Positions 1-9,999 of a stretch of DNA of 64,000 nt are shown piece by piece. The notes below the pieces were generated by a model. The model had not been told where the DNA came from. It saw nothing but the letters and a program-made list of their open reading frames with translations, and searched no databases. The stretch is from Pseudomonas phage vB_PaeM_GXNNA8: the sequence record PV400810.1, one strand, 5' to 3'. A program made the position numbers and the translations under genes. Position 1 is the stretch's first letter. The number at the start of each line of letters is the position of its first letter.

Positions 1-62
1 TTTTATTTACCAATTTTATGGTCTAATGACCGAACCCTCTATCTACTTCTGTGGACACGCCC

Positions 63-644
63 ATGGCCTTTCCAAACGATCTACTGTTTCTGGAACGGTT
101 CATCGCTTTTAATAAAGAACGTTATTCCGATGAACCGAACATTGTTAGCGTATTAGAGCAACTCACCCTGGACAACACTACCCTCTCTGACCTCAGGAAA
201 GTTGAGGTAGAAGGCGGTGAATTTGCTCGGGTGGTCAATATCGATTCCGAAGGTAAACTGACCGGTAAGAACCAACGGTACCTCCCAGCGGATTATGTGA
301 AGAATAAGGTCTCCATGCTGGAGACCCCTGATCCGGTTGATTGGGACGTTTTACAAACCCAGGGAGTGGAAGGTATTTACCAAGTCAAACGAGACGAGGA
401 TATCATTGAAGGCGCGGTATTGGTGTTCAAAGGGAGTCGTAACCCTGAACACATTAAAGCCCTAATCAAAACCAAATGCTACTACGACTTGACGGATGAT
501 GAAATTACCCTCGACGGGGAGTTCACTCAGGCTACCATTGACTCCAACACCGTTACCGGTACCCTGGCTGTCGTAGAAAGCCATTACGATGCCATTCCTC
601 GTTTTAACGGGCAATTCCGTTACGACGGCACCCTCACGTATTAA
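63..644 (+). CDS. hypothetical virion-associated protein; paralogue of 12331..12966
   Basis: ORF track gives 51..644 with a GTG at 51. The ATG at 63 (MAFPNDLLFLERFIAFNKERY...) aligns with the N-terminus of the 12331..12966 product (MASNLPIQTIFLDKFVEFNKDRY...LTL..T.SD). Confidence 0.6.
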   Translation: MAFPNDLLFLERFIAFNKERYSDEPNIVSVLEQLTLDNTTLSDLRKVEVEGGEFARVVNIDSEGKLTGKNQRYLPADYVKNKVSMLETPDPVDWDVLQTQGVEGIYQVKRDEDIIEGAVLVFKGSRNPEHIKALIKTKCYYDLTDDEITLDGEFTQATIDSNTVTGTLAVVESHYDAIPRFNGQFRYDGTLTY

Positions 645-659
645 ACAGGACTTATTCTC

Positions 660-2102
660 ATGGCTGACAATCCCGTGGTGATTAATGAACAACCGGGATG
701 GGTTGAACCTTTGTTGGCTCTGATGCCGGATGACAAGGTTGAAGCCACCGAAGAAGGCACCGGCAATGCGAACAAGCAAGCGCGTGTGCTGGACGCTCGT
801 ACCCGTTATTTGAAAGAAGAAGTGAATACCCTGACCACCAAAGTCAATGCGGTAAGTAATGACCGGTTGCCGTTTAACCGCAATATCGTGGTGTACGGTG
901 ACAGCCGTGCTTACCAGTGCGTGAAAGGTAACGTTGGTCTGGCCTTCTGGACCAGTGCGAAGACCGAGGGGGTCGTAGCCTTCCCGGATGCCATGAACGC
1001 CGGTGTCGATGGGAATACTACCTCCCAACAAGCCCAACGTCTTCCCCAACTCCTGGCTTCCTTGGATAAGTTCGATGTGATTATCCATTTGGGTTCGGGG
1101 AATGACCGTCTGCGTAACCAGACGTTCAATGAAACGATCAATAACCTCTCCGAGATTTACGCTACATTGCTGGCCAATGGTAAGACCGTCATTGCGATCG
1201 CTGAAACCCCGGTAGAACAAGCCGCTATTGGAATCAGTGATGAACAATTGGCTATTCATTACCAAGTGCACCAGTGGATGCTCTCTGAGCTGCCTAAACG
1301 GGGCGTTATCGTGGTTAACCCCTGGGATGACATGGTAGAACCGGGTAATGTCAATAAGCCGCTGGCAGGCATGCTGGGGGACGGTGTACACCCAAGTCCC
1401 AAAGGAGCCGAGATCATCGGTAACCATGTCGCCGCTGCGGTGAGCAAGCTGTTCAAGAATACCATTACCTTGCCAACCAGTTATATCCCGTTCAGCACGA
1501 CACCACCAGAGACCGCGCACTTCTTCGGGAGTATTAACCCTAACCCTTTGCTGACCGGTAACGATGGTGTTGCGGGGGATTCGGGAGGTGCTACTATTAC
1601 CACGGTTGAGATCGCCTCGAATACCGGTATTGGGGGTAATCAACTAACCGGTTTGACCATTGGTATCACCAAGGAAGCCAACCCTTCGGGGGGCGAATAC
1701 CAGGTGATGTCCTTTACGGGCACGCCTACCGGTGATCAACCAACCCTGGGAATGGAACAGGATCTCTCTATTACAAACCTGACCGTAGGGATGAAACTGG
1801 TAGCTCAGGGTCGTTGGGCGATTCAAACCGATGCTGAAGCGGTCTTGCAAGTAGGGTTGGAACTGGAAGTAACCTACCAGAACGATCAAGTCCAAACTGT
1901 ACGCTCGGGTCAGAACACTGAACTGAATTACCCCCTGCGTCAAGGGGATCTCTCGGGGATCTTCGATACCCAAATCCTTGAATTGGCCAGTGTACCTAAG
2001 ACCTTGAAACTCCGGGTCGTGATTGTGTTGAAGAAAGGGGTCGCCCAAACGACCACCGTGCGGGTGGGTCAATTGAACACCCATCTTGTCTTTACCCCTT
2101 AA
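660..2102 (+). CDS. tail fibre / receptor-binding protein with SGNH (GDSL) esterase domain
   Basis: SGNH blocks are present: GDS (VVYGDSRAY), GxND (HLGSGNDRL) and DGxHP (GDGVHPSPKG). The N-terminal motif QARVLDARTRYLKE is shared with the next fibre gene. The C-terminal part is predicted beta-rich. Confidence 0.8.
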   Translation: MADNPVVINEQPGWVEPLLALMPDDKVEATEEGTGNANKQARVLDARTRYLKEEVNTLTTKVNAVSNDRLPFNRNIVVYGDSRAYQCVKGNVGLAFWTSAKTEGVVAFPDAMNAGVDGNTTSQQAQRLPQLLASLDKFDVIIHLGSGNDRLRNQTFNETINNLSEIYATLLANGKTVIAIAETPVEQAAIGISDEQLAIHYQVHQWMLSELPKRGVIVVNPWDDMVEPGNVNKPLAGMLGDGVHPSPKGAEIIGNHVAAAVSKLFKNTITLPTSYIPFSTTPPETAHFFGSINPNPLLTGNDGVAGDSGGATITTVEIASNTGIGGNQLTGLTIGITKEANPSGGEYQVMSFTGTPTGDQPTLGMEQDLSITNLTVGMKLVAQGRWAIQTDAEAVLQVGLELEVTYQNDQVQTVRSGQNTELNYPLRQGDLSGIFDTQILELASVPKTLKLRVVIVLKKGVAQTTTVRVGQLNTHLVFTP

Positions 2103-2119
2103 TCAGAGGAATTTCTTAA

Positions 2120-5100
2120 ATGGCTATTGGTGATGAAACAGTAACACCGGGTGAACTACCGGCAATTGTCGAGGAGTCTCGATGGGAAGAACACCTCCCG
2201 GCTATGGTGACTGACGTACGAGTTCGCGGGGGAGACAACGGCGAGGGTGCGGCTAACTTCCAAGCTCGGGTGTTGGATGCACGTACCCGGTGGCTGAAGG
2301 AGAGTCTAGAATCCCTCTCAACTCAAGGGGTTGTTCTTAAAGGTAAACTCAATTCGGAAGCTGAACTGGAGGCTATTGATACCCAAGGGCTTCCGATCGG
2401 TACGGCCTACTTCGTTAACTTTGCCCTACGGGTATGGAACGGTAACGAATGGGCGTCTTCGGGTTCCTTGCAAGGGGAACGGGGGATTAACATGTTGGGT
2501 GTTTGGCCTGACAACCTCGATCTCCCTCTGCCTGAAGGGAATAAACCCGGAGATGCCTACCTGTGGCGGAATGACATCCATGTTCTGGTTCCGGGTAAAA
2601 CAGCAGGTGAGTTTGTCTGGGAAAGTTTGAACATTCGAGGTCCTGAGGGTAAGAGTACCTTCCAGCTGTGGAAAGAGATTCCTGGGAATGAAGAAAAGAC
2701 CCTTCAGGAATTCCTGGCTTCCCAACGAGGAGATAAAGGTGCTCAGGGAGATGATGCGTTCGAAACCTGGAAGAAGATTCCCGGTAACGAGAACAAAACC
2801 ATTACAGAGTGGCAGGAAGCCATTCGGGGTGAACGCGGTGCTAACCTTCAGGTACAGGGAACTGTGGCTGACCGTAATGCGTTGAATGCTAAAGACCCGG
2901 TTGATCAACATGGCTGGGTGACGTTGGATACGGGCCACCTGTGGATCTATATTGCAGACCGTACGGATTGGGTTGATGTCGGTCAGTATAAAGGCAAGGA
3001 CGGCAAGGACGGTACTGACGGTAAGAGTATCGTGGTGAAAGGGGCGGTAGACCTGGCTAGTGAACTCCCGAGTAACGCGGTCGAACAGGATGTCTGGTCG
3101 GTTCGCGCGGACAATACAGTCCGTATGTGGATTGAGAATAACTGGGTAATTCTGGGTAAATTCAAGGGAGAGGATGGTAAGAACGGTGTTGACGGTCGTA
3201 ACCTGATCGTTAAAGACACTGTAGCGACCATAGATGACCTCCCCAACCCCGGTGTAGAACAGGATGTTTATTCGGTTCAGGATGAGAATACCCTGTACAT
3301 CTACCTGAACAGCGCATGGCGGAAGCTGGGGGGGTTTAAAGGGGATAAGGGTGATGCAGGACCGGGTGGTCTGAACAGTGTTCAGGTCTGGTTGAATAAA
3401 CCCGAGAACCAAGGTAAGACGGAAGATGATTACTGGGCGGCCATGAAAGGCGAACCCGGTGAGAACCTGAATGTCTTGGGGACTGTAGGGACCCGTGCTG
3501 ATCTGGACAACTTACCCAACCCTCCGACTAACCAAGATGGGTATGTGACACGAGACACCCTTCGGTTGTACGTATGGAGTGCAGCGAGTTCGACCTGGTT
3601 GGACCTGGGTCCCTTTAAAGGGGAAGACGGTATCAATGGCCAGTCCACGTACGAACTCTGGATTTCCAAAGGGAACACCGGCAGTGAAGAGGAGTTCCTA
3701 GCCAGCCTCCATGGTCGTGACGGCACCAACATTGTTCTTCGGGGTGTGGTTGACACAGTAGCGGATCTTCCTGCGGATCCTGAAGATCAATGGGTCTATG
3801 CGGTTCGTGATGAAAACGCGATCTATGGATTCATTTCGAATGCGTGGGCGAATCTGGGTGTCTTTAAAGGGAAGGATGGTGAGGACGGTAAGGATGGCCT
3901 GAATGGCAAGTCCTTGGACATCATTAAAGTCCTGACACCTGCGGATGCAGATCCTCCTCCGATTAACGAGGAAACTCAAGGTAAAGCCTACGTTGACCTG
4001 AATAAAGACCTCTGGGTGAATACTGGAACTCGTTGGGATAACGTGGGTCCGGTCTCCATGCCAGGAAGTGATGGCGCTCCCGGTGCTGGGTTGAACATGG
4101 TGGATGTAGTACCCACCTTGGCAGAACTGCCTGCGCCAGGTGGTTATAAGCAAGGTGACGCTATCCTCGTTCTGGAGAATCATTTAACGTATTTCGTGAA
4201 TGATGAGGGCGAGTGGAGTCCTGGGTTTGATTTCCGGGGTGAACCGGGTAAGGACGGGGAACGGGGTGAACAAGGTCCCGAAGGTCCTACGGTGCCCATT
4301 AAAGGGGATTATGCGAACCTGGCAGCTTTACAAGCGGCTATTCCTGCGGGGGTTGCGGGGGATGCGTATTACCTGGCGGAGTCCAACACTCTAGCCATCT
4401 GGAGTACGTCGACTAACGCCTGGCGTGAAACCGGTGAATGGCGCGGTCAAACCGGTAAGACCGGGGGTGACGGTCCTCCCGGACCTCAAGGGAAACCCGG
4501 TATTCAGGGTGAGCAAGGCAGCCGGTGGCTTACGTTGCCGCCGGGTGTAGACGCACCTTCGGATGCCTTCAGTGGTCGAGTCGGTGACTGGGCAGTCTCT
4601 GAGACCTTCAATGTGTTCTACAAGACCGTTGATCGGGGTTGGGTCCTGTGGGGGCGTTTGGTGGCGGGTGATGTCAATTCCCCCATGGAGTCTGAAGGCC
4701 GGGTTGTCCGGTTGGGTAACCGTTGGGTCCCCCTCCCTATTGGTCCCGTACCGAATGCGGTTCCAGGGTCGTATTACGCCCAGGCTGTCAATGCAGAAGG
4801 TGACGGTACCGAATGGAAAGCTATTGAGTTTCCGAAGGGTATTGAAGACCTCCAAGCCAAGGATGGTAAACAGTACGTTCGGGTCTTCCGTGCCGGTACG
4901 GATATTCCTGAATGGAAGGAGTTGGATCTCACCTTTGACCGCTATGATTTGCCGATTAAGGTCTTTACGACCAGTGGGGAAATCAATCCGTTGGTGGATC
5001 AGTACATCCAGATCAATAACACCGCGGCGGGGGGTAAGCAAATGGTGATTGCTGATGGACCTAAAGCCCCAGTACGGGGAATGGTCTTGACGGTTAATGT

Positions 5101-5260
5101 CACCGGTGGAGCGGGTGTTGTGACCTTCTCCGGTAAAGGTGCAACACCCTTGGTGTGGCATAACGGAACTCCCCCTTCTGTCAGTGGATCTGAACTGGTC
5201 TACGTCTTTACCTGGAATGGAACCAAGTGGATTGGTGCGTTGGGGGCTGTTGTTCCTTAA
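2120..5260 (+). CDS. tail fibre protein with collagen-like G-X-Y tracts and tandem ~55-aa repeats
   Basis: 1046 aa. N-terminal QARVLDARTRWLKE anchor motif. Multiple Gly-X-Y runs (GKDGKDGTDGKS, GDKGDAGPGG, GEPGKDGERGEQGPEGP, GQTGKTGGDGPPGPQGKPGIQGEQG). These are interleaved with about 8 repeats of the pattern [IL]xVxGxV..LP...QD.Y.V.D.N.LY.W....W..LG.FKGEDG. Confidence 0.85.
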   Translation: MAIGDETVTPGELPAIVEESRWEEHLPAMVTDVRVRGGDNGEGAANFQARVLDARTRWLKESLESLSTQGVVLKGKLNSEAELEAIDTQGLPIGTAYFVNFALRVWNGNEWASSGSLQGERGINMLGVWPDNLDLPLPEGNKPGDAYLWRNDIHVLVPGKTAGEFVWESLNIRGPEGKSTFQLWKEIPGNEEKTLQEFLASQRGDKGAQGDDAFETWKKIPGNENKTITEWQEAIRGERGANLQVQGTVADRNALNAKDPVDQHGWVTLDTGHLWIYIADRTDWVDVGQYKGKDGKDGTDGKSIVVKGAVDLASELPSNAVEQDVWSVRADNTVRMWIENNWVILGKFKGEDGKNGVDGRNLIVKDTVATIDDLPNPGVEQDVYSVQDENTLYIYLNSAWRKLGGFKGDKGDAGPGGLNSVQVWLNKPENQGKTEDDYWAAMKGEPGENLNVLGTVGTRADLDNLPNPPTNQDGYVTRDTLRLYVWSAASSTWLDLGPFKGEDGINGQSTYELWISKGNTGSEEEFLASLHGRDGTNIVLRGVVDTVADLPADPEDQWVYAVRDENAIYGFISNAWANLGVFKGKDGEDGKDGLNGKSLDIIKVLTPADADPPPINEETQGKAYVDLNKDLWVNTGTRWDNVGPVSMPGSDGAPGAGLNMVDVVPTLAELPAPGGYKQGDAILVLENHLTYFVNDEGEWSPGFDFRGEPGKDGERGEQGPEGPTVPIKGDYANLAALQAAIPAGVAGDAYYLAESNTLAIWSTSTNAWRETGEWRGQTGKTGGDGPPGPQGKPGIQGEQGSRWLTLPPGVDAPSDAFSGRVGDWAVSETFNVFYKTVDRGWVLWGRLVAGDVNSPMESEGRVVRLGNRWVPLPIGPVPNAVPGSYYAQAVNAEGDGTEWKAIEFPKGIEDLQAKDGKQYVRVFRAGTDIPEWKELDLTFDRYDLPIKVFTTSGEINPLVDQYIQINNTAAGGKQMVIADGPKAPVRGMVLTVNVTGGAGVVTFSGKGATPLVWHNGTPPSVSGSELVYVFTWNGTKWIGALGAVVP
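2636..4580 (+). repeat. in-frame tandem protein-level repeats (~165 nt units plus collagen triplets) inside the fibre gene
   Basis: Repeated motif blocks in the translated 2120..5260 product. The DNA copies are diverged, not identical. Confidence 0.6.
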
Positions 5261-5269
5261 CAGTATGAC

Positions 5270-5307
5270 TACCAGGGGGGTCTACGGGGCCTCCCTGGTA
5301 TTCTTTT
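5270..5307 (+). terminator. rho-independent terminator after the collagen-like fibre gene
   Basis: Imperfect stem accagggggg / cctccctggt followed by a T-run (attctttttgg). Confidence 0.5.
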
Positions 5308-5323
5308 TGGGGTATAAGTCATC

Positions 5324-6826
5324 ATGATAGAAGCGTTACTCTTTACATCGACCGCGAATGCCTTTCCGGACGATCCTTATCCGGGGCCTTCTAAATTGAA
5401 AGCGGGTAGTCTTGCCCAAGGATGGTACGGGATCACTCCTGCAACGGAATTGTTTGGTTACGAGGATTTAGCGAAACTCACTGGGATTGCCTTTGGTAAA
5501 GTGATCAATGAAGGCAAACCGTGGTTGAAGTTTTCGAACCACAATGAAACCTGTTACATTCCTCAAATGCCGATCCGGAATAATGTTCGGCGTATTCTGT
5601 TGACCCAAGCCGGTCTACGGACAGGGAGCTATGAGCTCCGGTACCGAGGGGTTATTTACACCGTGGGTCTCTTGACCATGGGGAGTGATGGCAATACAGC
5701 AACGTCTGAATGGGACCGGTTGTTGTATAACGTCCATGTATCAGATCCCAATGGATTCAACTGGCCCACTCGGTTCACGGATGCAGAACTGGGGATGAAT
5801 CAAGCGGCCAGCGGGGGTAATACTAACGGGAATACCAACTGGGGTAAAGACATTACGGGTAATGAACCCGGTACCACTCAAGCGTATCGGGGGTGGTACA
5901 CCATTAGGAATGTCACGTACTCTGCCAGTGATTCTGAAGTCCCTACCCAGGGATGGCGACCTATTCTGTATGCCAAGGGGACGTACCCGTTTATTGAAGG
6001 TCAGAGTGAAGCGATGGTTAACTGGCCGGGTTCATTGTTATTCAATACCGGACGGGGATGTGTCCATGGAAACCATATCTACTACTACGGTGGGGTAGAG
6101 ACCGCTACCAAAGAGTTCCGTCGGGTTAACTTTGAAACCCGGGTACTTGAAACCCTGAGTCCAACAGGGCCTACCAATCCCCCCCGGAAGAACTCCATCC
6201 TGGTTTCTGATGGTAAGGATGTTCTTTACTTCCTAGGAGGCGCTGCGAATGATGCGTACGGGTATAATCCCACTACGAACATCGTCACCCGTTTACCCAA
6301 TATGCCCCTGACTCCGCTGACAGGTGGAGCGGTTTATCTCAATGGGAAGGTGTACATCTGCGGGGTACAGTCAGGAACCCCCACCACGAATAAAGGCTTC
6401 TTGATTGCGTACGATCCTGTTGCCAATACCCACACCGTCCTTAAGGCCTTCGCTGAGAGTGGAGATTGTTCTGACTTTACGGTAATGGTTTATCAAGGGA
6501 AGGTGAGTGTTATTGGTGGGGTAGTGGCGGGGGCGAACAACCCTGGGATGTACCAGTATAACCCGGCTACGAACACCTGGACAACGGTGACTCTTCCTGG
6601 TATCCCAGTTGGTGCAGCCTTTGTGCTGGGGAATAATGGGGAACTCTACGCGATTGCGGGGAGTGTTAATGATCAACCAATTCAGTATTTTGAACCTCGG
6701 TTGAACAAGTGGGTGCTATTGGGAAGTTTGGGCTCGGGTGTTGCTACGAGTGCGTGGGGGGTGAACTACAACCAAGCCCTCTACCTCTTTGGCGGTTCCC
6801 AAGGGTATCGGATTAAAATCACGTAA
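5324..6826 (+). CDS. Kelch-repeat beta-propeller protein (putative receptor-binding/fibre protein)
   Basis: Six Kelch-like blades end in double-glycine motifs (YYYGGVET, LYFLGGAAND, VYICGVQSG, VSVIGGVVAG, LYAIAGSVND, LYLFGGSQG). It sits in the structural operon. Confidence 0.7.
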   Translation: MIEALLFTSTANAFPDDPYPGPSKLKAGSLAQGWYGITPATELFGYEDLAKLTGIAFGKVINEGKPWLKFSNHNETCYIPQMPIRNNVRRILLTQAGLRTGSYELRYRGVIYTVGLLTMGSDGNTATSEWDRLLYNVHVSDPNGFNWPTRFTDAELGMNQAASGGNTNGNTNWGKDITGNEPGTTQAYRGWYTIRNVTYSASDSEVPTQGWRPILYAKGTYPFIEGQSEAMVNWPGSLLFNTGRGCVHGNHIYYYGGVETATKEFRRVNFETRVLETLSPTGPTNPPRKNSILVSDGKDVLYFLGGAANDAYGYNPTTNIVTRLPNMPLTPLTGGAVYLNGKVYICGVQSGTPTTNKGFLIAYDPVANTHTVLKAFAESGDCSDFTVMVYQGKVSVIGGVVAGANNPGMYQYNPATNTWTTVTLPGIPVGAAFVLGNNGELYAIAGSVNDQPIQYFEPRLNKWVLLGSLGSGVATSAWGVNYNQALYLFGGSQGYRIKIT

Positions 6827-7509
6827 TGAGGAGAATGAGTATGGATAAGGTAACCGTGGTATATGAAAGCACCGCCTTGATTGATACGCGTACGGGGGAG
6901 TATCCTCTTTACATTGAGGATGTTCGGAAGAAGTTCCCTGACTGGCCCATTCCCAGTAAACTGCAAGCCAGTGCCTTGGAAGGAGAACCCTTCCTGATGG
7001 CTGTCGTTCAACTGACCCAGCCACCCGCCGGGGATGTACCGGTTGAACTCCCCCCTAAACAGATTGATGGGTATTGGACCCAGCAGTGGACTACTCGGGA
7101 CTTTACCCCTGAGGAAGTCGCAGAACGCCTCCGATCCGCTAAGGACATTCGTAAGAATGAAATCCAGAATGTGATTGCGGCGGCTTTCTACACAGGCATG
7201 GAAGTGCGATTCGGGGAGACGGTCCACACCCTCTTGATCGAATCCACCCACCGAATCCATTTGACGGCCTTGAGTATTCAGGCGAAAGAAGCATTGAGTG
7301 AAGAGAAACCCTTCTCCGCTTCTATTCGTACCAAGGAAGGTGTAACGCTTTCCCTGACCGCTCAAGAAACCATTGACTTGTCCAATGAAGTGACTTCTCG
7401 TATCCAGGAAGGACTGGAAACGATATGGTCCCTTATGGATAGAGCTGAAGCAGCCACCACCGCAGAGGAACTCCCTCCCGTTCCGGGTCCTTTGTTTGTG
7501 TTGAACTGA
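6826..7509 (+). CDS. hypothetical protein (possibly fibre assembly/chaperone, by position only)
   Basis: 227-aa ORF. Its start overlaps the upstream stop (ATGAGGAGAATGAGTATG). It lies between the two Kelch genes. Confidence 0.5.
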   Translation: MRRMSMDKVTVVYESTALIDTRTGEYPLYIEDVRKKFPDWPIPSKLQASALEGEPFLMAVVQLTQPPAGDVPVELPPKQIDGYWTQQWTTRDFTPEEVAERLRSAKDIRKNEIQNVIAAAFYTGMEVRFGETVHTLLIESTHRIHLTALSIQAKEALSEEKPFSASIRTKEGVTLSLTAQETIDLSNEVTSRIQEGLETIWSLMDRAEAATTAEELPPVPGPLFVLN

Positions 7510-7517
7510 AATCAGTA

Positions 7518-7540
7518 AGAGAGGGTGTTAATCCCTCTCT
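7518..7540 (+). terminator. short hairpin between 6826..7509 and 7525..8481
   Basis: agagaggg-tgttaat-ccctctct, then ttaggag (which also serves as RBS). Possible attenuator. Confidence 0.35.
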
Positions 7541-8481
7541 TTAGGAGCGGCTACATGTTAGAAAGTCAACTATTTACCCTTTCTGATGATAACCCCTACA
7601 TTCTGGGACGAATGGAATGGGTGACTCAAGTTCCTTTCAACGGTATTGCTAACTTCAGTGCGGGTATCGGTGGAGGGAAGATTCATATCTTCGGAGGTCA
7701 GTTTGCCGGTGGGGGTCAACAACAGACGTATACCCGTTATGACTTTACCACCCGTACGTGGGCCACTAGCGGGAATATCTCCGTATGGGCCTGGAGTGGC
7801 GGGTGTTACTGCAACAGTTCCTTCTGGGGTATTACGGGTAATAATGGGAACTACGTGAGTCACGTGTGGAAATTGAATCCTTCAACAGGGTCTTCAACGA
7901 ACTTGAATAATCTCCCGGATGGAGCCCGGGGACAAGGTCGGTGTATTACTCTGGATGATAAGACGATCTTCTGCATGGGGGGTTACATGGGGAGTACCAA
8001 TAAACCCACAGCCCTCAACCACCAGTATGACACCACCACCAACGTCTGGACCCGTAAAGCGGATATGCCGATGGCGCTCAATGGGCATTACATCGGACAG
8101 TTCAATGGAAAGATCTATGTATTCGGGGGATGGAACGACCCCGCGGGTACGTCAAGACTGGTCAGGGAATACGATCCCGTTACCAACACCTGGAGAACGG
8201 TAACAGAAGCACCTATTGCCAGTAGTTGGACTGGGGGGACTTCGTGGAAACAGTTTCTGATTCTCTGTGGTGTTGAAAACGGTTACATCGTGTTCCATAT
8301 TTACGACATACTGAAAGACCGTTGGTACAAGCAAATGACCACGGTAACTAAACGGTATGCCTTTGAGATGCTCACGGATGACAGCGGGATTTACCTGGTA
8401 GGGGGTGTTAATTCTTCCACCATTGGATCAGGAGATTACTACCAAGCAGGACGCTACCGAGATATCTACCGTTTCTTTTGA
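7525..8481 (+). CDS. Kelch-repeat beta-propeller protein
   Basis: Kelch blades: IHIFGGQFAGGG, IFCMGGYMGS, IYVFGGWNDPAG, IYLVGGVNSS. RBS AGGAG upstream. A hairpin terminator follows. Confidence 0.7.
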   Translation: MLIPLFRSGYMLESQLFTLSDDNPYILGRMEWVTQVPFNGIANFSAGIGGGKIHIFGGQFAGGGQQQTYTRYDFTTRTWATSGNISVWAWSGGCYCNSSFWGITGNNGNYVSHVWKLNPSTGSSTNLNNLPDGARGQGRCITLDDKTIFCMGGYMGSTNKPTALNHQYDTTTNVWTRKADMPMALNGHYIGQFNGKIYVFGGWNDPAGTSRLVREYDPVTNTWRTVTEAPIASSWTGGTSWKQFLILCGVENGYIVFHIYDILKDRWYKQMTTVTKRYAFEMLTDDSGIYLVGGVNSSTIGSGDYYQAGRYRDIYRFF

Positions 8482-8500
8482 AACAAAAATAAAATACACC

Positions 8501-8532
8501 CCTAGGAGTAGCCCTTATGGGCTACTCCTAGT
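8501..8532. terminator. bidirectional hairpin terminator between convergent genes
   Basis: Perfect 14-bp stem: cctaggagtagccc-ttat-gggctactcctagg. Confidence 0.6.
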
Positions 8533-8539
8533 GCGGTGT

Positions 8540-9040
8540 TTATTCCATTAACAAAACCGTGTAGATCTCTCCTCTGTCAATTTCCTTAAACCCAACTTTC
8601 CGGTAGAAGTTGATACCAGCTGTATTCTGGGTAAAGCATTGAACGTAGAGGAACCGGTTCACAGGATGTCCACCCCGTTGTAACTTGGACACCATAATCC
8701 GCCCTAAGCCTAGCTTCCGGAAGTCTTCTTCAACAAAGAGTGAGGTGATCTTGTTCTTAACCACCGCCAGATATCCCACGGCTTCTCCCAAGTGAGTAAC
8801 GAGTACTATCTTGTCGGTTATTTTGAAGAAGTCTTCGTACCGTTTCTCAATAACGGAGGGGTGGGGATTTTTACGGGCGGAGGGTTTAAACAGCTTACGG
8901 GTTGTTTTAGTACCAATGACGAGATGGAGTTCGTGGTGAAAGAGGTTTTCATACAGTGGTTTGAGTCTCTCCTTTAAATCGTCTGTAAAGGCACTTCTAG
9001 CGATAATTCTGATCTGGTAATGGGGTAGGGTACCTTTCAT
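8540..9040 (-). CDS. GNAT family N-acetyltransferase
   Basis: Acetyl-CoA motif FVEEDFRKLGLGRIM (R/Q-x-x-G-x-G/A) and C-terminal NFYRKVGF. Confidence 0.75.
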   Translation of the reverse strand: MKGTLPHYQIRIIARSAFTDDLKERLKPLYENLFHHELHLVIGTKTTRKLFKPSARKNPHPSVIEKRYEDFFKITDKIVLVTHLGEAVGYLAVVKNKITSLFVEEDFRKLGLGRIMVSKLQRGGHPVNRFLYVQCFTQNTAGINFYRKVGFKEIDRGEIYTVLLME

Positions 9041-9123
9041 GTTAAAAACTCTTTAAAGGGTGTTACAGCGCGTTACAGCATAGGTAGAGGTAGGGGTGTT
9101 ACCCCCCACCTCGTACTCACAGA

Positions 9124-9987
9124 CTATTTCGAGAACTTTTCCAACAGACGCTGGGTGTTGACTGACAGGTCAGATGTCTTTTGTTTGTGAGCGACATGTC
9201 GGGTTTCTTTCTTCTGGAGGTTATACCCCCGGGAGATTTGTTTACCCGGGAACTGGGAAATGTCCAACGGGAAGACAAACCCATTGCAGGCAATGAGATT
9301 CTTGTTAGGTCCCCTAGGATCCCAGTACAGCGCAACGCGAACACTGTCTTCATGAATGTGAGTGATCGTGAATTCCAGACGAACCATTTCCGGGAAGACC
9401 GCTTTAAACAGCTTGTAGAAGAAGTCCGGAAGGTGTTTAGCGGTGTTCTCGAAGAGCCCTCGACCTTTGCTGAGGTTGCTGGCGTACAGGGCGACTACCG
9501 CATCCTGAACCGACAACGACACCTTATCGATGATAAACGAGAAGGCAACGTCTTCACGGATCACCAAATAAGACGTATGGGTAGCGGTTCCCACGATGAC
9601 GATTTTGAAGGCCCCACCCTCCCGTTCGCTGATAACCGCATAGAGGATAATACCAGCGTCCAACTCAATGCTGCGACGAGGAGCGTCTTTCTCTTCCTTG
9701 GTGTGGGGAAGACCGGTGGCGATGTTGATCACCAACGTACGGGGATCGGGTGACGAACTGTAGGCCTTACACAACCCGTAGGTTTCCAGGGTGTGGTAGA
9801 ACGCTTTCTGGCCTTCGGTCAGACGGTGATGAACTTGGAGGACCAGTTGGTCAGGGTTCTCGATCGTATCCGGTCCCATGAGGTTTACCGGGAGGAATTT
9901 CGATTTACCGGGATGCGTCTTAGAAGACACTACCCGAACATCACCACCTTGGAAACTGTTGGTCTTCTTCTGGTTTTCTTCTTTCAT
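9124..9987 (-). CDS. hypothetical protein
   Basis: 287-aa ORF. No confident motif (a THIHED patch was noted). Confidence 0.5.
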   Translation of the reverse strand: MKEENQKKTNSFQGGDVRVVSSKTHPGKSKFLPVNLMGPDTIENPDQLVLQVHHRLTEGQKAFYHTLETYGLCKAYSSSPDPRTLVINIATGLPHTKEEKDAPRRSIELDAGIILYAVISEREGGAFKIVIVGTATHTSYLVIREDVAFSFIIDKVSLSVQDAVVALYASNLSKGRGLFENTAKHLPDFFYKLFKAVFPEMVRLEFTITHIHEDSVRVALYWDPRGPNKNLIACNGFVFPLDISQFPGKQISRGYNLQKKETRHVAHKQKTSDLSVNTQRLLEKFSK

Positions 9988-9999
9988 GATGTAATCCTC

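Noticed and set aside
462-1643. 393-aa minus-strand ORF, and similar long antisense ORFs (2426..3412, 4391..5161, 36342..36746, 39130..39753, 24016..24897, 50595..51521, 12337..12960)
   Set aside because: Each lies entirely inside a longer, motif-supported gene on the opposite strand. They are shadow ORFs from GC-rich third positions, with no RBS and no recognisable domains.
2636-4580. Possible CRISPR array or DGR template/variable repeat in the repetitive fibre gene
   Set aside because: The repeats are protein-level (~165 nt, diverged) and in-frame collagen/beta-module repeats. There are no short identical direct repeats with unique spacers. No reverse transcriptase (YxDD) ORF is present in the window.
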